This document shows positions 24,127 to 37,255 of a stretch of DNA of 64,000 nt, piece by piece (the stretch's first letter is position 1; each line of letters begins with the position of its first letter). Below the pieces are notes generated by a model that was given only the letters and a program-made list of their open reading frames with translations, searched no databases and was not told the origin of the DNA. The stretch lies in NCBI GenBank assembly GCA_040357565.1, contig JBDODJ010000001.1; one strand, written 5' to 3'. The position numbers and the translations under genes were made by a program. Source of the DNA: Cercozoa sp. M6MM (Eukaryota; Protista; Endomyxa: Ascetosporea).

Positions 24127-26862
24127 ATGGAGCTGAGACAGTTTGTGTGCACGGACATAGAAGCATGTCCAAACAAGAAACTTCATTCCCGAGGTGAAGA
24201 TGCTGGTCGCATCACGAGCTTTCTCGCAGCTTCCGAGTGTCAGGTGCGTTGAATGCTTTCGTGATCATTTGTGTGTACATATGATGTTACATAGCAACTG
24301 ATCGAAGCAGCCGAGGCACAGAACGGCGCTCGGCTGCTTCCGCTGGACGATGAGTACCCTTCACAGTACCGCAGTGGCCACCGCTTCCTGACCATGGCAC
24401 CCGAGTTTGCAGGTAGGCCGAAACTGGTGTAATTGTTTCTATCGACGTGATGTTTGACTCAGATGTGATGTGGAACCGTCTGACTGAGTCCCTCACTGAC
24501 TTTGAACAAACGCAGGTTCGTCCATTCGGCCGGTATGTTGGTTGTGCTGTCGTCCAAGGGGGGGGGGGGGGGCTATCTTAAGATATGGGGTAGAAAAGGA
24601 AGCTGGCGTCCGTGCGGACTAAATCCGCTGCTGCGAGTCACGAGATACTGTACCTTGTCGACCCTGTGCTTATCACTGCCCAGTCACACTATATGCAGCA
24701 CCGGGCGACAAGTTCAGCGCGCATCGCGACGCGCCTTTCGTGGCGACAGAGAGCATCACCTCGGCGATGACTCTTCTCGTCTACCTCAACACCATTGGTA
24801 CCAGTCGGCGTGCACCTTATATGTCTGTATATCATTGAAACACACGTGCAGAGGAAGGTGGACGCACTGTGTTCTGGGGACAAGGTGTCACTCCCAACGA
24901 TGCCGAACTGCACTCGCCGCCGATCCATTTTGAACGCGCCGTTTGTGGCGACGCTGTTGTGTTCCCTCATGGTGCGTTTCTTCCCTTTTGTTTTACACCC
25001 TTTGTACCTCTCATGTACCCTGTGCATTAGACAAAGTACACGCCGGCGAGGAAGTGCCGCGCGAGACCAAGTACATCCTGCGCTGCGACATCTTGTATCA
25101 GCAAGTGGGTCGACTCAAGAAGAACTCTCTGGACGAGCTTGACGCAAGGGACTCAAAGGTAGCTTTGTTCATGTGCTTTTTCATTGTTCTTATTTGTCTG
25201 TACACACAGCACATGCACGAACTGTTCAGCGAGTCCATCCGTCTGGTCAATGAAGGCGATGCCGAGGTACTCTATTCGTTCCTTTGTATCTTATCCCCTT
25301 CTATATACTCTGTGTGCAGGGCTCCACAAATGCCTTCCGAGGTAGGATAGCAGGCATGCTCTTGAGCTAGTACACTCGTTGTGCAACATTGCAGATGCCG
25401 TGGAATTGCGTGCCAAGCTGCCGAGTAGCGATCAGTCGTCGTCGAGTGTCACATTGGGACTCAGCAGCGACGTGCTGCAGCACATGGTCGCCTTTCTCAA
25501 CGATGCCGACGTTGCTGCCTGTGCACGCACATGTCGTCACTGGGCGAGTACTCTCTCCCCATACATAGTCACTATTGTTCATGCCTACTGCAGGAGCTCT
25601 CACGACCGATGCAAGTGCTCTGTGGAAGCGACGTTTCTATCAGCGTTTCCCGGTACATGATGTGTCCATTTGGACTCTGTTTTGTATCCACATGGATGGG
25701 CGCAGGACTTGTACCACTTGCGTGTTGCCATGTTCGCACGTGAACGCGAGCTTTCGCCATGGCATGGCGTACTCTAGCAACTTACACTGCGTGTGCATGC
25801 CTGCTGTAACTGTATGTCTAGTTCACACTGTGACTGCGCAGAGCAAGGCACTGTTCGAGGACTGGCACTCGGCGTACGCGAAACAAGTCCGCTCGGAGCG
25901 TTGCGTATGTCTTCACCATTATATATCCTACCGCGGTGAACAAGCGCGTTGTACTGGCAGTTGATCACGTCAACCTTCTTTATCAACACGGAGCGACGTG
26001 AGTTCCTCACTCTTAGCAACAGCATCGGCAACGCCGTGTTCGCCGACTTTGTACCTTTGTCGCTGTGCCAGTGCCAGTTGAGGTGTGTTTGCAATGGTGT
26101 TGTTTCTGTTAAGGGTGCGAGAACGATGACATGCGGATCGGTCTTCCTCACGCAGGACCAAAACCTCGTCTGGGAAGCTGTGCGTGCTCTCATTAACGCC
26201 AAAGAGCAAGGCGAAGGTACGTATACATACTTGAGTATTTTGTGTATATGTGTGTAGATGTTGTGTGTATATCGATATAATTTATAAATCAGACATTGCA
26301 CAAGAGGAGTTTGCCCAGCGCATTCTACGCGAGGTGGCACGCGACGAGACGGCGCCTCACACCGAGTGTTTCCACGATACTGATCTCGATCACGGCCCCC
26401 CCTACCATCATCTCACACAACCGGAGCGGCTACGAGTGAACACAAAGCTGCAAAACCGTTCCGCCCAGCGATGTATGCTTGTACATTGTCTATGACATGT
26501 TGGACATGTATTGCATACACAGGCGAGGTGTTGCATGAACGCGCGCGTTGTTCGGGTCGACCGACCTCGCTGCACGCGAGTCCCTTTAACGCGCGTGACT
26601 GTACCAGTTGGCTCACTACGTTTGTGAGTGTGTGTGTGTATGTATATGTGTGTGATCTCTGTTGCGCGTGCAGTGGAGCAACTGCTGCAGTGGCATCAAG
26701 GTGCGAATGGCGTTTCTGACGCAGCCATTCGTCGCTCGCTGAACATCATGTACACTTAGGTTTGCGTATGCTTGTGTGTAAAAGCATAGTCTAGTGTTGC
26801 ACAGCGAACGAGGTGTATACTTCCGAACTAACGTATCACGCTGGCAGTAGCGAGACTTTTAG

Positions 26863-26912
<50 letters not shown>

Positions 26913-26922
26913 NNNNNNNNNN

Positions 26923-26970
<48 letters not shown>

Positions 26971-29310
26971 ATGTGCATGTGCTATATGTGCCTGATTATG
27001 TGCAGAGACAGCGTATTGATGCAAGTGCCACCACGTGTTATGCCTTCGATCACGGCGCGTGGCCGCTATTATGTAAACACGCAAGCTATCACACCAACCA
27101 TAGTGTCCACCTACGTGTTTGTATATTGTTGTAGTCACACGGCACTCCTTTCTACCACGAAGTGTTCGGTTACATGACTTCTGCTTACATACTTTCATAT
27201 GGAATGCAATGTACGTACATACTTCAGGACAATACTTGATCTACAAGCGCCCGGAGGATCTCGCCAACATGCGAAGCATTGCTGACTATGGTACACTCGG
27301 CTCCTTTTGCTTTTGGTTCCAAATGATCCTCCCATAAGTTGATAGCTTGATTTCTACTCACAGGCTGGAAGGAACCTCACGAAATCGACTTTGCGCAACT
27401 CCAAATTTCGCATTCACTTCTGGTATGAATAATACCCTTATACCTTCTGTCTTCTTGTCCTTATCCCTCTTTTTATTTCACCAACCTGGCAGATGCGAAA
27501 GAAGTTCGGTCGTCGCAGTGTGTTGCATCAGTTGAGTCCGATGGGCGGCGCCCACTTTGACGACAGTACGCTACTATCTAGTGCAGCTGCCATGACACAT
27601 TAAAATGCATGGACTCATGTTGCAGACCACATTGAGAAACTCTGCAAGGTGATTCCGCGGAGTCAGAAGGTACGATCGTTCCCAAATCCTTTAACGTCGG
27701 CTCAAGTTAGATGCATGATACCTGCAGATTGGCGAATTGCGACCGATCATTGTGTGTCGTCCGTGGTTCTTCTCGACGAGTCAGGTCCGTCGTTCCTCGT
27801 GCTGCCTATCCTTCCTTATTTCTCGCTACTGTAGGTGGCCGAGTATTGCGCCTCGATGATGCTTTACGACCAGGTACATGACTATTGTGTATAATAGCAT
27901 GCTGTGTCACTTTTGGACATTCGTAGGATTTGGCGGCACCTGCCATCGCTGTCATTGACCCGTAATAAAAGGAAATTATATATATATAAATTTATCATGC
28001 GACATGTGTGTTGGACAGACCGGTGCTGGTGTCTCTTGCCTCTGGATTCACGAACTCCGTGGTCGTGCATGTGTCGTATGTTACTTTGTGACATTTGTGC
28101 CTGAGAAATTACTGTCTGATACGCGTAGCCCAAGCATCGCATGCGTCGCACTTGTTCGCAACGCCGAGGTCGTCGATATGCGTGAGTGGTACTGTATACA
28201 TAATTGTATTCGGCTGTACACTCGCATACCAGGTGGACACAGGAAGGAGTGGCGTGAAGTGCGCAAGCTGCACGTGCTGATCGACAACGAACACCTTGTC
28301 CAGTACAATGATCTCTGACAGCGTGATAGCAAAAACCTAAGTTAATGTTTGTTTAACCGATTCGACAGTGGAACCGACTTTGGCATGTACGAAGCCGCAC
28401 GCACTACCGATGAAGCGATTGAGAACTTCGCTTACAATCGACCTCGACTCGAGTGTACCTGTCTGTGCAAGGGGTGGCGTGTACGTCATTCTGTGTCTGC
28501 AGGCAACCTGCCAGAGGACGTGATGCGCGCGTTTGCGCAATTCGCAAACAAGATGGTCGAGTGCTGGCGTCCGGAGCGCGATCAAACGGTGCCTGTGGTC
28601 GTTTCCGGCGGTGTCACTCTGACGCCTGGTTTTGATGCTGCACTGGCCGATACCCTCAAGGTATGCAAACCATGCTTATCAGTCCGAGTCAAGCATTCTG
28701 TGTTGCTGCAATGGACAGGACGTGAAACTGGTGACACCTGAGGTGGCGCATCGCTTGCGTGCCACCTACATTGGTATACGAAACCCTCTTTTATTATCGA
28801 GGTATTACCCCCTCTTGTGCAGGTGCCCAGTTGTTCGTTTCGCGCTCTGACGCCGACGAGTTCTTTGTTGTAAGTCGTATTTGTGTTGTGTGTGTGTGTT
28901 CTCTTAATGTCGGATGGTTGGATTAAATGCAACATTCAGGACCTGCCTTGTCTGATTTCGCAAATGGAGTTCCTGTTGGAAAACTCGCCTGCCGCCGCTC
29001 TGTTCTCGAAGTATAACGATCTGATCGAAATGGTACGACACTTGCACTCGATTTTTTGTTCAACGTATGTGGTAATTTGCTGAATAGTGTCTCGATCTTG
29101 TAGACAAAGAATCGCCAACGCAAACGAAACCCGCGTGCATACCACACCTACGCTTCTCCGCGCATGCGTCGACTGGGCGACAAGCTCACCGATGACCGGT
29201 ACTGTTTGATCTGAAATGTCTGCGAATTCAATACAAACTAAGGTCTGTCTTACAGCAACAGCAAGAAAAAGTCGTCCAGGCTCCGAGCCTTCTTTTCCTC
29301 GTTGTTTTAA
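24127..29310 (+). CDS. 2OG-Fe(II) dioxygenase (P4Hc-like) + F-box + actin-like fusion protein
   Basis: RYSPGDKFSAHRD..LLVYLN..GGRTVF..VVFPHDKVHAGEEV..KYILRCD; LSSDVLQHMVAFLNDADVAACARTCRHW..LWKRRF; PPVLVSLASGFTNSVVVH and [24 protein letters not shown]. Confidence 0.75.
26866..26969 (+). repeat. Intronic (GT)n with N gap
   Basis: Visible dinucleotide run. Confidence 0.95.
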
Positions 29311-29901
29311 CCGAGTGTCGTTTCTCACCGACATATCTGAGGTTTCGAGCTCGCATCTGATAGACCCGGCAGCAGAACAATCGAATCCGGACAACTATCA
29401 CTACACGTACACCAATCACCCCAGTCGGGTCAGTGTGATTTGACCTGACTCCTTGATCGATGGATTCCAGTCGAGCCAATTTTTAGTATGGTTTGACGGT
29501 TTGACCTGCTCGAGCGCAACGGAGTACCATGCCCGTCAGTACTTACAGTTCCAGAGGTATTTGACAGGTATCCGTCTCAAGCGACCCGAAGAGCTTAGTA
29601 GAGTAGTAGGCCCTCGGCGACGACCTTGTGACCGGACTTTTTGGCACTGGCTTTGTCTGTAGAGCATACTCTTCTTGGCAGACGTCTCACCACCAAAGGC
29701 GAACGACGCGAGAATACACGGCGAGGGAGAACGTCACGCAGCGTTGAGGAGGACCACATGAGAGAAAAGGGAGAGGACTGAGACGCGACAGTGCGTGTGG
29801 TCCAAAGCTCGAAGAAATCACGGGGAAGACGGAGGGTGAAACGAAAGCGGGACGTTGAGACAATTGTTTGCGTGAGACGGGAGGGTGTGATTGCCAGTGC
29901 G

Positions 29902-32900
29902 TTAAACTGGAGGTAGCGAGATGCCGTTGAGTTCATCGTCAGTGCCAGCGGTGATGGGTCGTCTGCTCGATTCACTGTCGCGGCGCACTTCAAGCACGCC
30001 CGTTATCTAAGCACACAGAGACCGTACACAACAGGCAACGCAGCCGACACGACAAAGAACGCCGAGACGTAGAGAGCAGCTTACGTCGCCACCTAGGTCG
30101 ACAGTATGAACGTCGATCGACTCAGAGTTCAGGCTGTTGTCGATGGGGTCATCAACGAAGTTGTTGCGTACGACCTTGCGACGGACCTTTCGAGCAGCGC
30201 GATCGGCAGCGGCAGCCACGCTGTTTTCTCGCTCCTCGCGCTTGTGCCTCTTGCGAGTGTTGTAGACGAAGCATGCGAGACTGGAGACACCGAGGAAGAC
30301 GAAACCGCACATGAGGAGAATCTTGACCCAGATCGACGGGCCGGTGGAGCCGTACGGCTCGCGAGCCTGCGGCTCAGGTTCGACCTCGACGTTGGAGATC
30401 TGCAGGTGGATGTTGTCAGCAGCGACCACCGTGTTGGAAAAGTCGCCGTCGTTAGAACGCACACGCATCAACAGGACCATTTCGATCGGGATGACGCCTT
30501 CAATGTTCGGGTTGTCTGCGATCAGCGCCATGCGTCGAATCTACAAACAACATGGTATGAAGGCACAAACAGAAGATAGAAGAAGATATGATAAGTAGGT
30601 ACCTGCTCGAACTCGAGGCCAATGGAGACATCATCGACGACGAAAGTCTGCTGCGCCTCAACGCCGCTCGTGGTCTTGTCGTACATGAGCGTGGTCAAGT
30701 TGACGTGGTACTCCTCGCCGCTCAGCGGGTCGCGCATGTACAGCTCGAACTTGACGTCACGCGCGTGCTCCATAGCCACGTCAGTCAGCCGTGGCGGTGA
30801 GGGCGTGCAGTCAACAGTCGTTGGGTTGGCGGCCTCGTCGTAGAACATCGTGAGCGTGCACCAATTTCGATTGAACTGCACGTTCGCCTGATGGAGAGTT
30901 GGTGTTCCGAACTTGACAGTGTCACTGATCGTGCGAGAGAACGCCGTGCAATACTGGCCGGGACCACCGCAGTCGCGCACGATTACCTCGACTTCGGCAC
31001 CCCAGTGACCGGAGGTGACCCACTTGAGCTGATTCGCCGTCATGTTCGAGATCAAGGCGTCAACGTGGCAAATGAGGTACTTGACCGGAAACTCGGCGCT
31101 CGCAGAGAAATTGCACGCGACCGGCATGTTTGTATCGTACTTGTTCGGAACCGTGCGCGACTTCACGTAGTTGGGTGGAAACAAGCGCACGGCGCCGAGT
31201 TCAAGCGTCGTGTCGAAAGTGCTGTACTGCTTGAGCATCTCGGCCGTTGCTTCCGACAACTCGACGCTGAACACATTCGGCGTGGCACTGACGATGCCCT
31301 TCGAGTCGCGGAAGAAAAGCTCGTTGAAGTGGCGCTCGCTCACCTCGGCGATACCGGCCGGAGGCATGGTGATCCAGTCCTCCAACTCTGGGTACTTGAT
31401 GTGGAAACGAAGTGCATCCTTGCCCTTGCCTTCCATGTTGAACACTTTCCTGCACATGCGTGATCGTACGCTTGCTAGAACAACGGCCCAAGTCAGTAGT
31501 AAAATTTACGTAGTCCAATCGAAGTCGTATTTCTGCGAGTCGTCTGTAGCACCAGCGTCAAAGCTCCACTTGATCTGAGTGTTGGTGGCAGCGAACGACT
31601 CAAGCATCATGTCCGGCTCGGTGACGTCCCACTCGCAGTAGTGCGACGTCAGGTTCAAACGCGAGCAATAAGGAGGAGGCATCATAAGCAGTGACGTGCT
31701 CAGTATCCGAATTGGGGCGCTCTCGCACGACATCGAGCGAGCCAAGAAGTGGTACTCGACGAAGTCTCTTGTGTTGGGAGACTGGAACATAACATGCTGT
31801 TCCGTCGTGAACTGGGTCTCATCCGACTCAAAGACAAAGACGTCGTAGGTACTCGAGCTGCGCGGGTAGGAAACCTGAACAAAAAGATAGGTGCACGCAA
31901 TATGCTATCACCAGCTGTGAAGTATTAGAATTAATACAGTAATGACGAAGTCCTTCTTTCCTGAATGTTCAATACCCCATTCAAACGAACTGCCACTTGC
32001 GACAGGCCCATTCTGCACGCAGTTCATTTGGACACGAGCAGAAATGACTCAAGCACATGAGCACTGAGAGTACCATGTTGATGTCAATGTTCAGTCTGCC
32101 GTTGGAGAGGTCGCGATCAAGGTCGATGGTGACAGCATCAGGATTTGGCATCTGGGGACAGCTGAGTATCCTCATCCCCGAAGTCATGCCCGACGTGAGA
32201 CCCTTAAGCTCCAATGTATCGTAGAACGTGCCAAGATTGCCTGTGTCGTTCATGTAATCAGGGAAGCCAGAGACACCGACGCCGAATGTCATGCCGGGAG
32301 AGACCTGGAACGTTGTCTGGACACCCGAGCTCATCTCGGCCGCGATGTCGGTCTCGGGAGGCAGCTCGATCTTGAGAAAGCCAGGGTAGTCTTCGTCGAC
32401 CTTCGGCACGGTGACGAAGTAGTAGTGGAGGTATTGAGTCAGCGTCTCGTGGCGCACATGAACCAACATGCGCTCGCTGCCGAAGAACTTGAAGCGCATC
32501 ATGATGCCTTGCACCCCTCCCTCTGGCGGGGATTGCCGCTACAAAAACATTCTTGTTATGCTGTATATCACACAATAGCGATACAAGAAACAATACCCAA
32601 GCAGAGTAATCGGTTGGAGGAGTCCTTAGAGGGGTTTTAACGGAAACTTGGGCGGGCACGCTTGCGGCGTAGCTGTATTTGAGCTTGGTTTGCAGACCGC
32701 GAGAGTAGTACTCCTTGACGTAATCCAACGTGATGGCACCGCGGGAGAGAGGATGAGCGATCACGTCCGCGATGTAGTGCCTGCCAGAGATGATGCCATC
32801 AATGTTCAGCAGCGAGATAGAGAGCTCGTCGTCAGCACTGACAACGCGATAGATCACGTTGTCGAAGTCACCCGGCTCTCCTCGAGTCAGAGTTGCGTAG

Positions 32901-33619
32901 TTAGGCGCTTCCGTCACGACCACCACGTATGAATTGACCGACACAGCATCCGAAGACAATTGCGGGCAAGCGACCAAGGGATCGGGCAGAGGGTCCCACT
33001 CGACATCCAGCTTGGTACTCGAGGCAGTCGACTTGGCACCAGGGGGCGAGGCAAGCTGTGGCGCGGTGTTGAAAGCGTCTTCGCTCTGCTCCACGCTTTG
33101 CGAGACTCCGTAGCAAAACAGGCTGCGATCGGTGCTGTAGCGCCACTCATCGATCGGATCGTAGGTGCTACCAGCGCCGACTTTGAGAGCAACGACCTCG
33201 GTGTGCACACGAAGCTTGACGTTGCCGACACAGCCACTAACGTGCACCTTCAGCGCGTAGGTACCGTCGTCGTAGGTGCCGAGACGCTTGGCGTGAAACT
33301 CGCGGTAGACGGGGGTCCACGTGACACCAGAGTCCGTGGATATGTCCACGTGGTCAATCTTGGCAGTGTTGTTGAAGTGACAGTTGGCTTTCTCGGCTTC
33401 CGAGTAGCCGTAGGCAGGATCAGGGTCATCTTGCGAGGCCGTGTCCACCGTAACGATGGCGTACCCGTAGTAGCCGTAGGGATAGGATGGAGTTGTGACG
33501 TTGATGGCGCCGAGTGTGAGTGACAAGGGACCAGTGTTCAACTGGGGATCACCGGCCGCCTGAGCATGTGCCAGTGGGACACACGCAACGGTACCCAGTG
33601 CGAGGCACCGAAGTAACAT
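29902..33619 (-). CDS. Large single-pass cell-surface protein with beta-rich (Fn3/Ig-like) ectodomain
   Basis: Signal peptide MLLRCLALGTVACVPLAHA; long beta-rich exons (KLDVEWDP..YVVVVT..GRHYIADVIA, Fn3-like); TM IWVKILLMCGFVFLGVSSLACFVY followed by RKRHKR; stop at 29902. Confidence 0.7.
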
Positions 33620-34029
33620 TTGCGGTCTGCAACGACCAGACGGCTTGTCGCACACCAAAGAAGCACTGTACACGCCGCTTTGCAGTGTTAGCGGTTAGCA
33701 GACATTCAGATCTCGCCAGCCGCAGCACTGATCGATCCAAAACTAGGTGGCCAACTGGCTGCAAAAGGTACCTGGGTGCTCCAGTCGACTGGAAATCTCG
33801 TCTGTCCACTCGCTTGACAGCAACACCAATGATCCTGATCCTAACTGATGCAAGGGCTGACGCCGGTAGTTTGACTGCCTTGGGGCCGTTTCTTTTTTAA
33901 CAGTCGAGTAACAGGGTAAACGAAACAGAAACTGTAGAACTGAGCACGAACGGAACGACGGAGTCGGCGACAGAGTGGCGTCATGATGCCTGTGTTTCTG
34001 ACCTTGCGCAGTTTCGCTGCAGCTTAGTT

Positions 34030-34694
34030 TCAGATTCCCGGCGTTCGGTTCCAGATGCGCGTCTCTCGCTTCTTTCGTTCCTGCTCTTCCTCCATGATCT
34101 TGTCCTAAAAACAACCATACGTCCCTACATATCCCGAAGTTGAACAAGGAGGGATAGGTACCTGCGCCTTGCAGACTCTTCGCACGGTGCGTTTATTGGT
34201 CTCCTGCACCTCGCCGTCAATGACGAGTTCGTCAAGGATGTAGTAGGCCTTGTGGAACTCGAAGATAAGGTCCAGCTCGCACACGTTGCCGAAGTACGAG
34301 TCCAAGATCTCGACGTACTGGTGGATCGTCTGCAGCGCAATCAGCTCGTTGTCCGACTGCTCGACGCACGCGATGAAGTACAGCGAGGCGTATCTGCAGA
34401 CAAGGGCAGGACATAAAATACTAAAACAAAGAAACAAAAGCAAGTGTGACCTCTTGTAAACGATTTTGGCGTCACGCCATTCGATAAAGTTGCACATTTT
34501 CTTGGGTCGCGACAGCACCATGTTAGTGATCTCGGCAATGGAGCGGTTCTTGTCCTTCTTGGAGTAGCTGCGGTACCACTTGGCCAGGCGCGTTTTGCCC
34601 TGGCGCGACACCAGCAGCATGAAGCGGATTGGCTGCAAATTAGGAAATAAAAACCAGGTGGCAAAAGCCTGCCACATAAGCTACAACTGACCAT
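34030..34694 (-). CDS. AP1S: Clathrin adaptor AP-1 complex sigma subunit
   Basis: M|[33 protein letters not shown]|[35 protein letters not shown]. Confidence 0.92.
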
Positions 34695-34928
34695 TATTAC
34701 GACGGCTCAGCAGCACAGGACTTATGGTATACCAAAGCACACACTTCGGCTATACCCAAAGCAGCCTCTACCACACAGGCTTACCGTCCCCGAGCAAAAC
34801 TTGTTAAGGGGGCGGCATCCTGATCGACATGCAGCAGGACGGCAGAGTCAGGAGTGCTGGGATCAGGTGAGCCCATCAAGAAGTGGCACCAAAGTTCGTT
34901 CTTCTGTGCATTTAAACATTAGGAACCT

Positions 34929-35246
34929 TTGCAAATGGAAGAGAAAAGAGTAGCACTGCTAGAATTTTGCATCCTCAAGGAAGTCGGGCAACGCAAAAAT
35001 TTGCCCGAACTTCGGCGTCGAAACACTCGCTTGCACAGACAGTTTACTGACTGTGCAACAGAAATCAAGCTACGCGTTGCTGAGTTGGCAAAGCTCGAAA
35101 ATTCGCCAGAACACAAAGATTTGATAGTGGAGCAATTGTCCGAGTTGTTGTGCCGAACTTTCGACAAAATTGCGCTGCGCGCTGGAATGACGCCGGAAGA
35201 AGTAAATTTTCGTATTCTCAACACTGTCGATACAATATTATCTTAG
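34929..35246 (+). CDS. Small hypothetical helical protein
   Basis: Open 105-codon frame with protein-like composition, preceded by an intron-like gtgag...ttag; true start unresolved. Confidence 0.4.
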   Translation: MQMEEKRVALLEFCILKEVGQRKNLPELRRRNTRLHRQFTDCATEIKLRVAELAKLENSPEHKDLIVEQLSELLCRTFDKIALRAGMTPEEVNFRILNTVDTILS

Positions 35247-35448
35247 AACCTGTTTTATGGTTGCAGATCAACCGCTAGTTCCATAGGCGGCCGCTTGAAT
35301 AACTGTCCGGACTTCAACCGTCGACTCGGAGACTAAACGGAAACCTGAAAGGTCGGACACCCGCTGCCGACCGACTTTCGTTTACTTACTTACTTTAGTT
35401 CCACCTCAGGGAGCTACCGCTAATGTCAGTGAATTATAACGGGAAATG

Positions 35449-37099
35449 CTAACGAACCGTAAATAAACAATCCGCACTCAGTTTCTCAGTCGCCGCCCTC
35501 TTGGACGAGCGATCACTCACTTGCTCTGGCCAATGCTGTCGCAGCACACGTCGATCAACCTCACACAGCACCTGTTCCTTCAAACCACCACCTGCACTCT
35601 CGATGTGCAGGACACGCACTGGCCGTGTGCACCCAAACTGGTCGATACGCCACCCCGACGCTCCTGCCCGTAATGGTGAAACAGCAGCACCGAAGAACTC
35701 CTTTATCACTTCCTTGTCCGACAAGAACTCAGCAATCTCAGTGGTTGCCGCACTAATGTTGCTAGACACTACAAAAACACGCTCGGAGTCAAAACACAAA
35801 AAGGACAAGTGTATACCCTGCTTGACTGGCCGATGAAATGAAACCTGGCGATCACTCAGTCCGCGCGGACAGAAAATACAAGGCAAACCCGCAGCAACAC
35901 TTTCGGCAGCATGGTGCGCATGCCGAGCTAGCACAATAATGTGTTCCTTGAGGTTCCGCGTTCGCTCGGCACACTCTGCGTACATGCCAGTGAAAGGCCA
36001 AGCTGTCTCACTCACTGTGTCTGTGCCCGTGACCACCTACCAGTCCATAAATTGGATTTAGATAATGCAGCTTTAAAAGGATGGAGGGTACACAGAGGGT
36101 ACCGCATGCGAATACGAAGCAAGCTTGAGTCCTTCGAGTTCAATCATGGCTTCTTCTTTGTCGCAGTGCGAGAGGAACACGAGGCGCCAACCACTCTGTC
36201 GCAGCGTGTGCAACAATGTACGAACTGAACGACTGACTCGCACACTCTTAAAGAGCGCGCGCATGTGGTCTCTTCGGCAGTGTCGCATCTATAACAACCA
36301 TACACCAACATCTTTGTGAGAATGCATAGGTGGGTGGTACCCTGCTCAACTGGCCATCATCCAGAGTGACATTCAGTCGCTTCTGCAGCAACGAAAGGAC
36401 AACGTCGTCCTTCAGGTCGCACAAAACACTGTCGGCAAGGCACTTGTCCATCAGGTACTGCACCTGCAAAAATAGTCTGGAAGAGCTACACGGGCATGTC
36501 AAAGAAAGCACCTTCTCGTCGGTGGACTTTCCACGCAACACTGACTTTAAGGATCCTACAAACTGGTGTGTATTGGCATGTCTAGAAATAACTGATACTC
36601 TGATACCACAGAGAGGCAGCATGACGTCACACACAGCGCGCAGCCATGCAGTCTGGTGAATGGCAGGCGACGTGGCACTTAGGAAGGACAGCGGCATTAC
36701 CAGCACCGAGTAGCCCTTGTCGAACATCTCGACATCGGCGTCAAAGTCGACATCCTCAACCTCTTCTTCGTCCCAGCAAACTTCTTCGCGCAACGTTGGT
36801 GCGTCACTCCTGTCCTGAAACGACGCCTTGGCCAGTGTGTACTCCACCTGCCTCACAATCAAACACTCAGAATGAACAATCACCAAAGCACACCGCCAAG
36901 TCAGCATCGAGAAAGGCTACCTTGTCCTTCTTTCGATTTGACACACCGCGGTATCCGTGCAAATACTCTTGGCCCTTCACGCGGCGTCCTGAAACCCGAA
37001 CGAGACTTCACAAGCGACACATAAAACTTCAGGTTTGACGAGAAGAATACGCTTCGCATCGCTCCCCGATCCTCGGTCGAGAGATCGCTTCTCAGGCAT
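35449..37099 (-). CDS. Hypothetical protein, possibly a degenerate HAD-like fold
   Basis: Exon chain from MPEKRSLD; VRTLLHTLRQSGWRLVFLSH..IIVL..ESVAAGLPCIF resembles HAD core strands, but no catalytic DxD motif was seen. Confidence 0.5.
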
Positions 37100-37255
37100 G
37101 CCAGGTGTGCTTCGAGTCAGCCAAAGTGACTGGAAATCCCTAGCAAGTCTGCCAAGAAGCACGCCGAGCCGTTAACCAATTTTTGTTTTTCCCATGACGG
37201 TCTCTAGTGTCTTAGCGGGCCACTCATTGACTTCTTCGGCACCTGTTTTGTGCAC

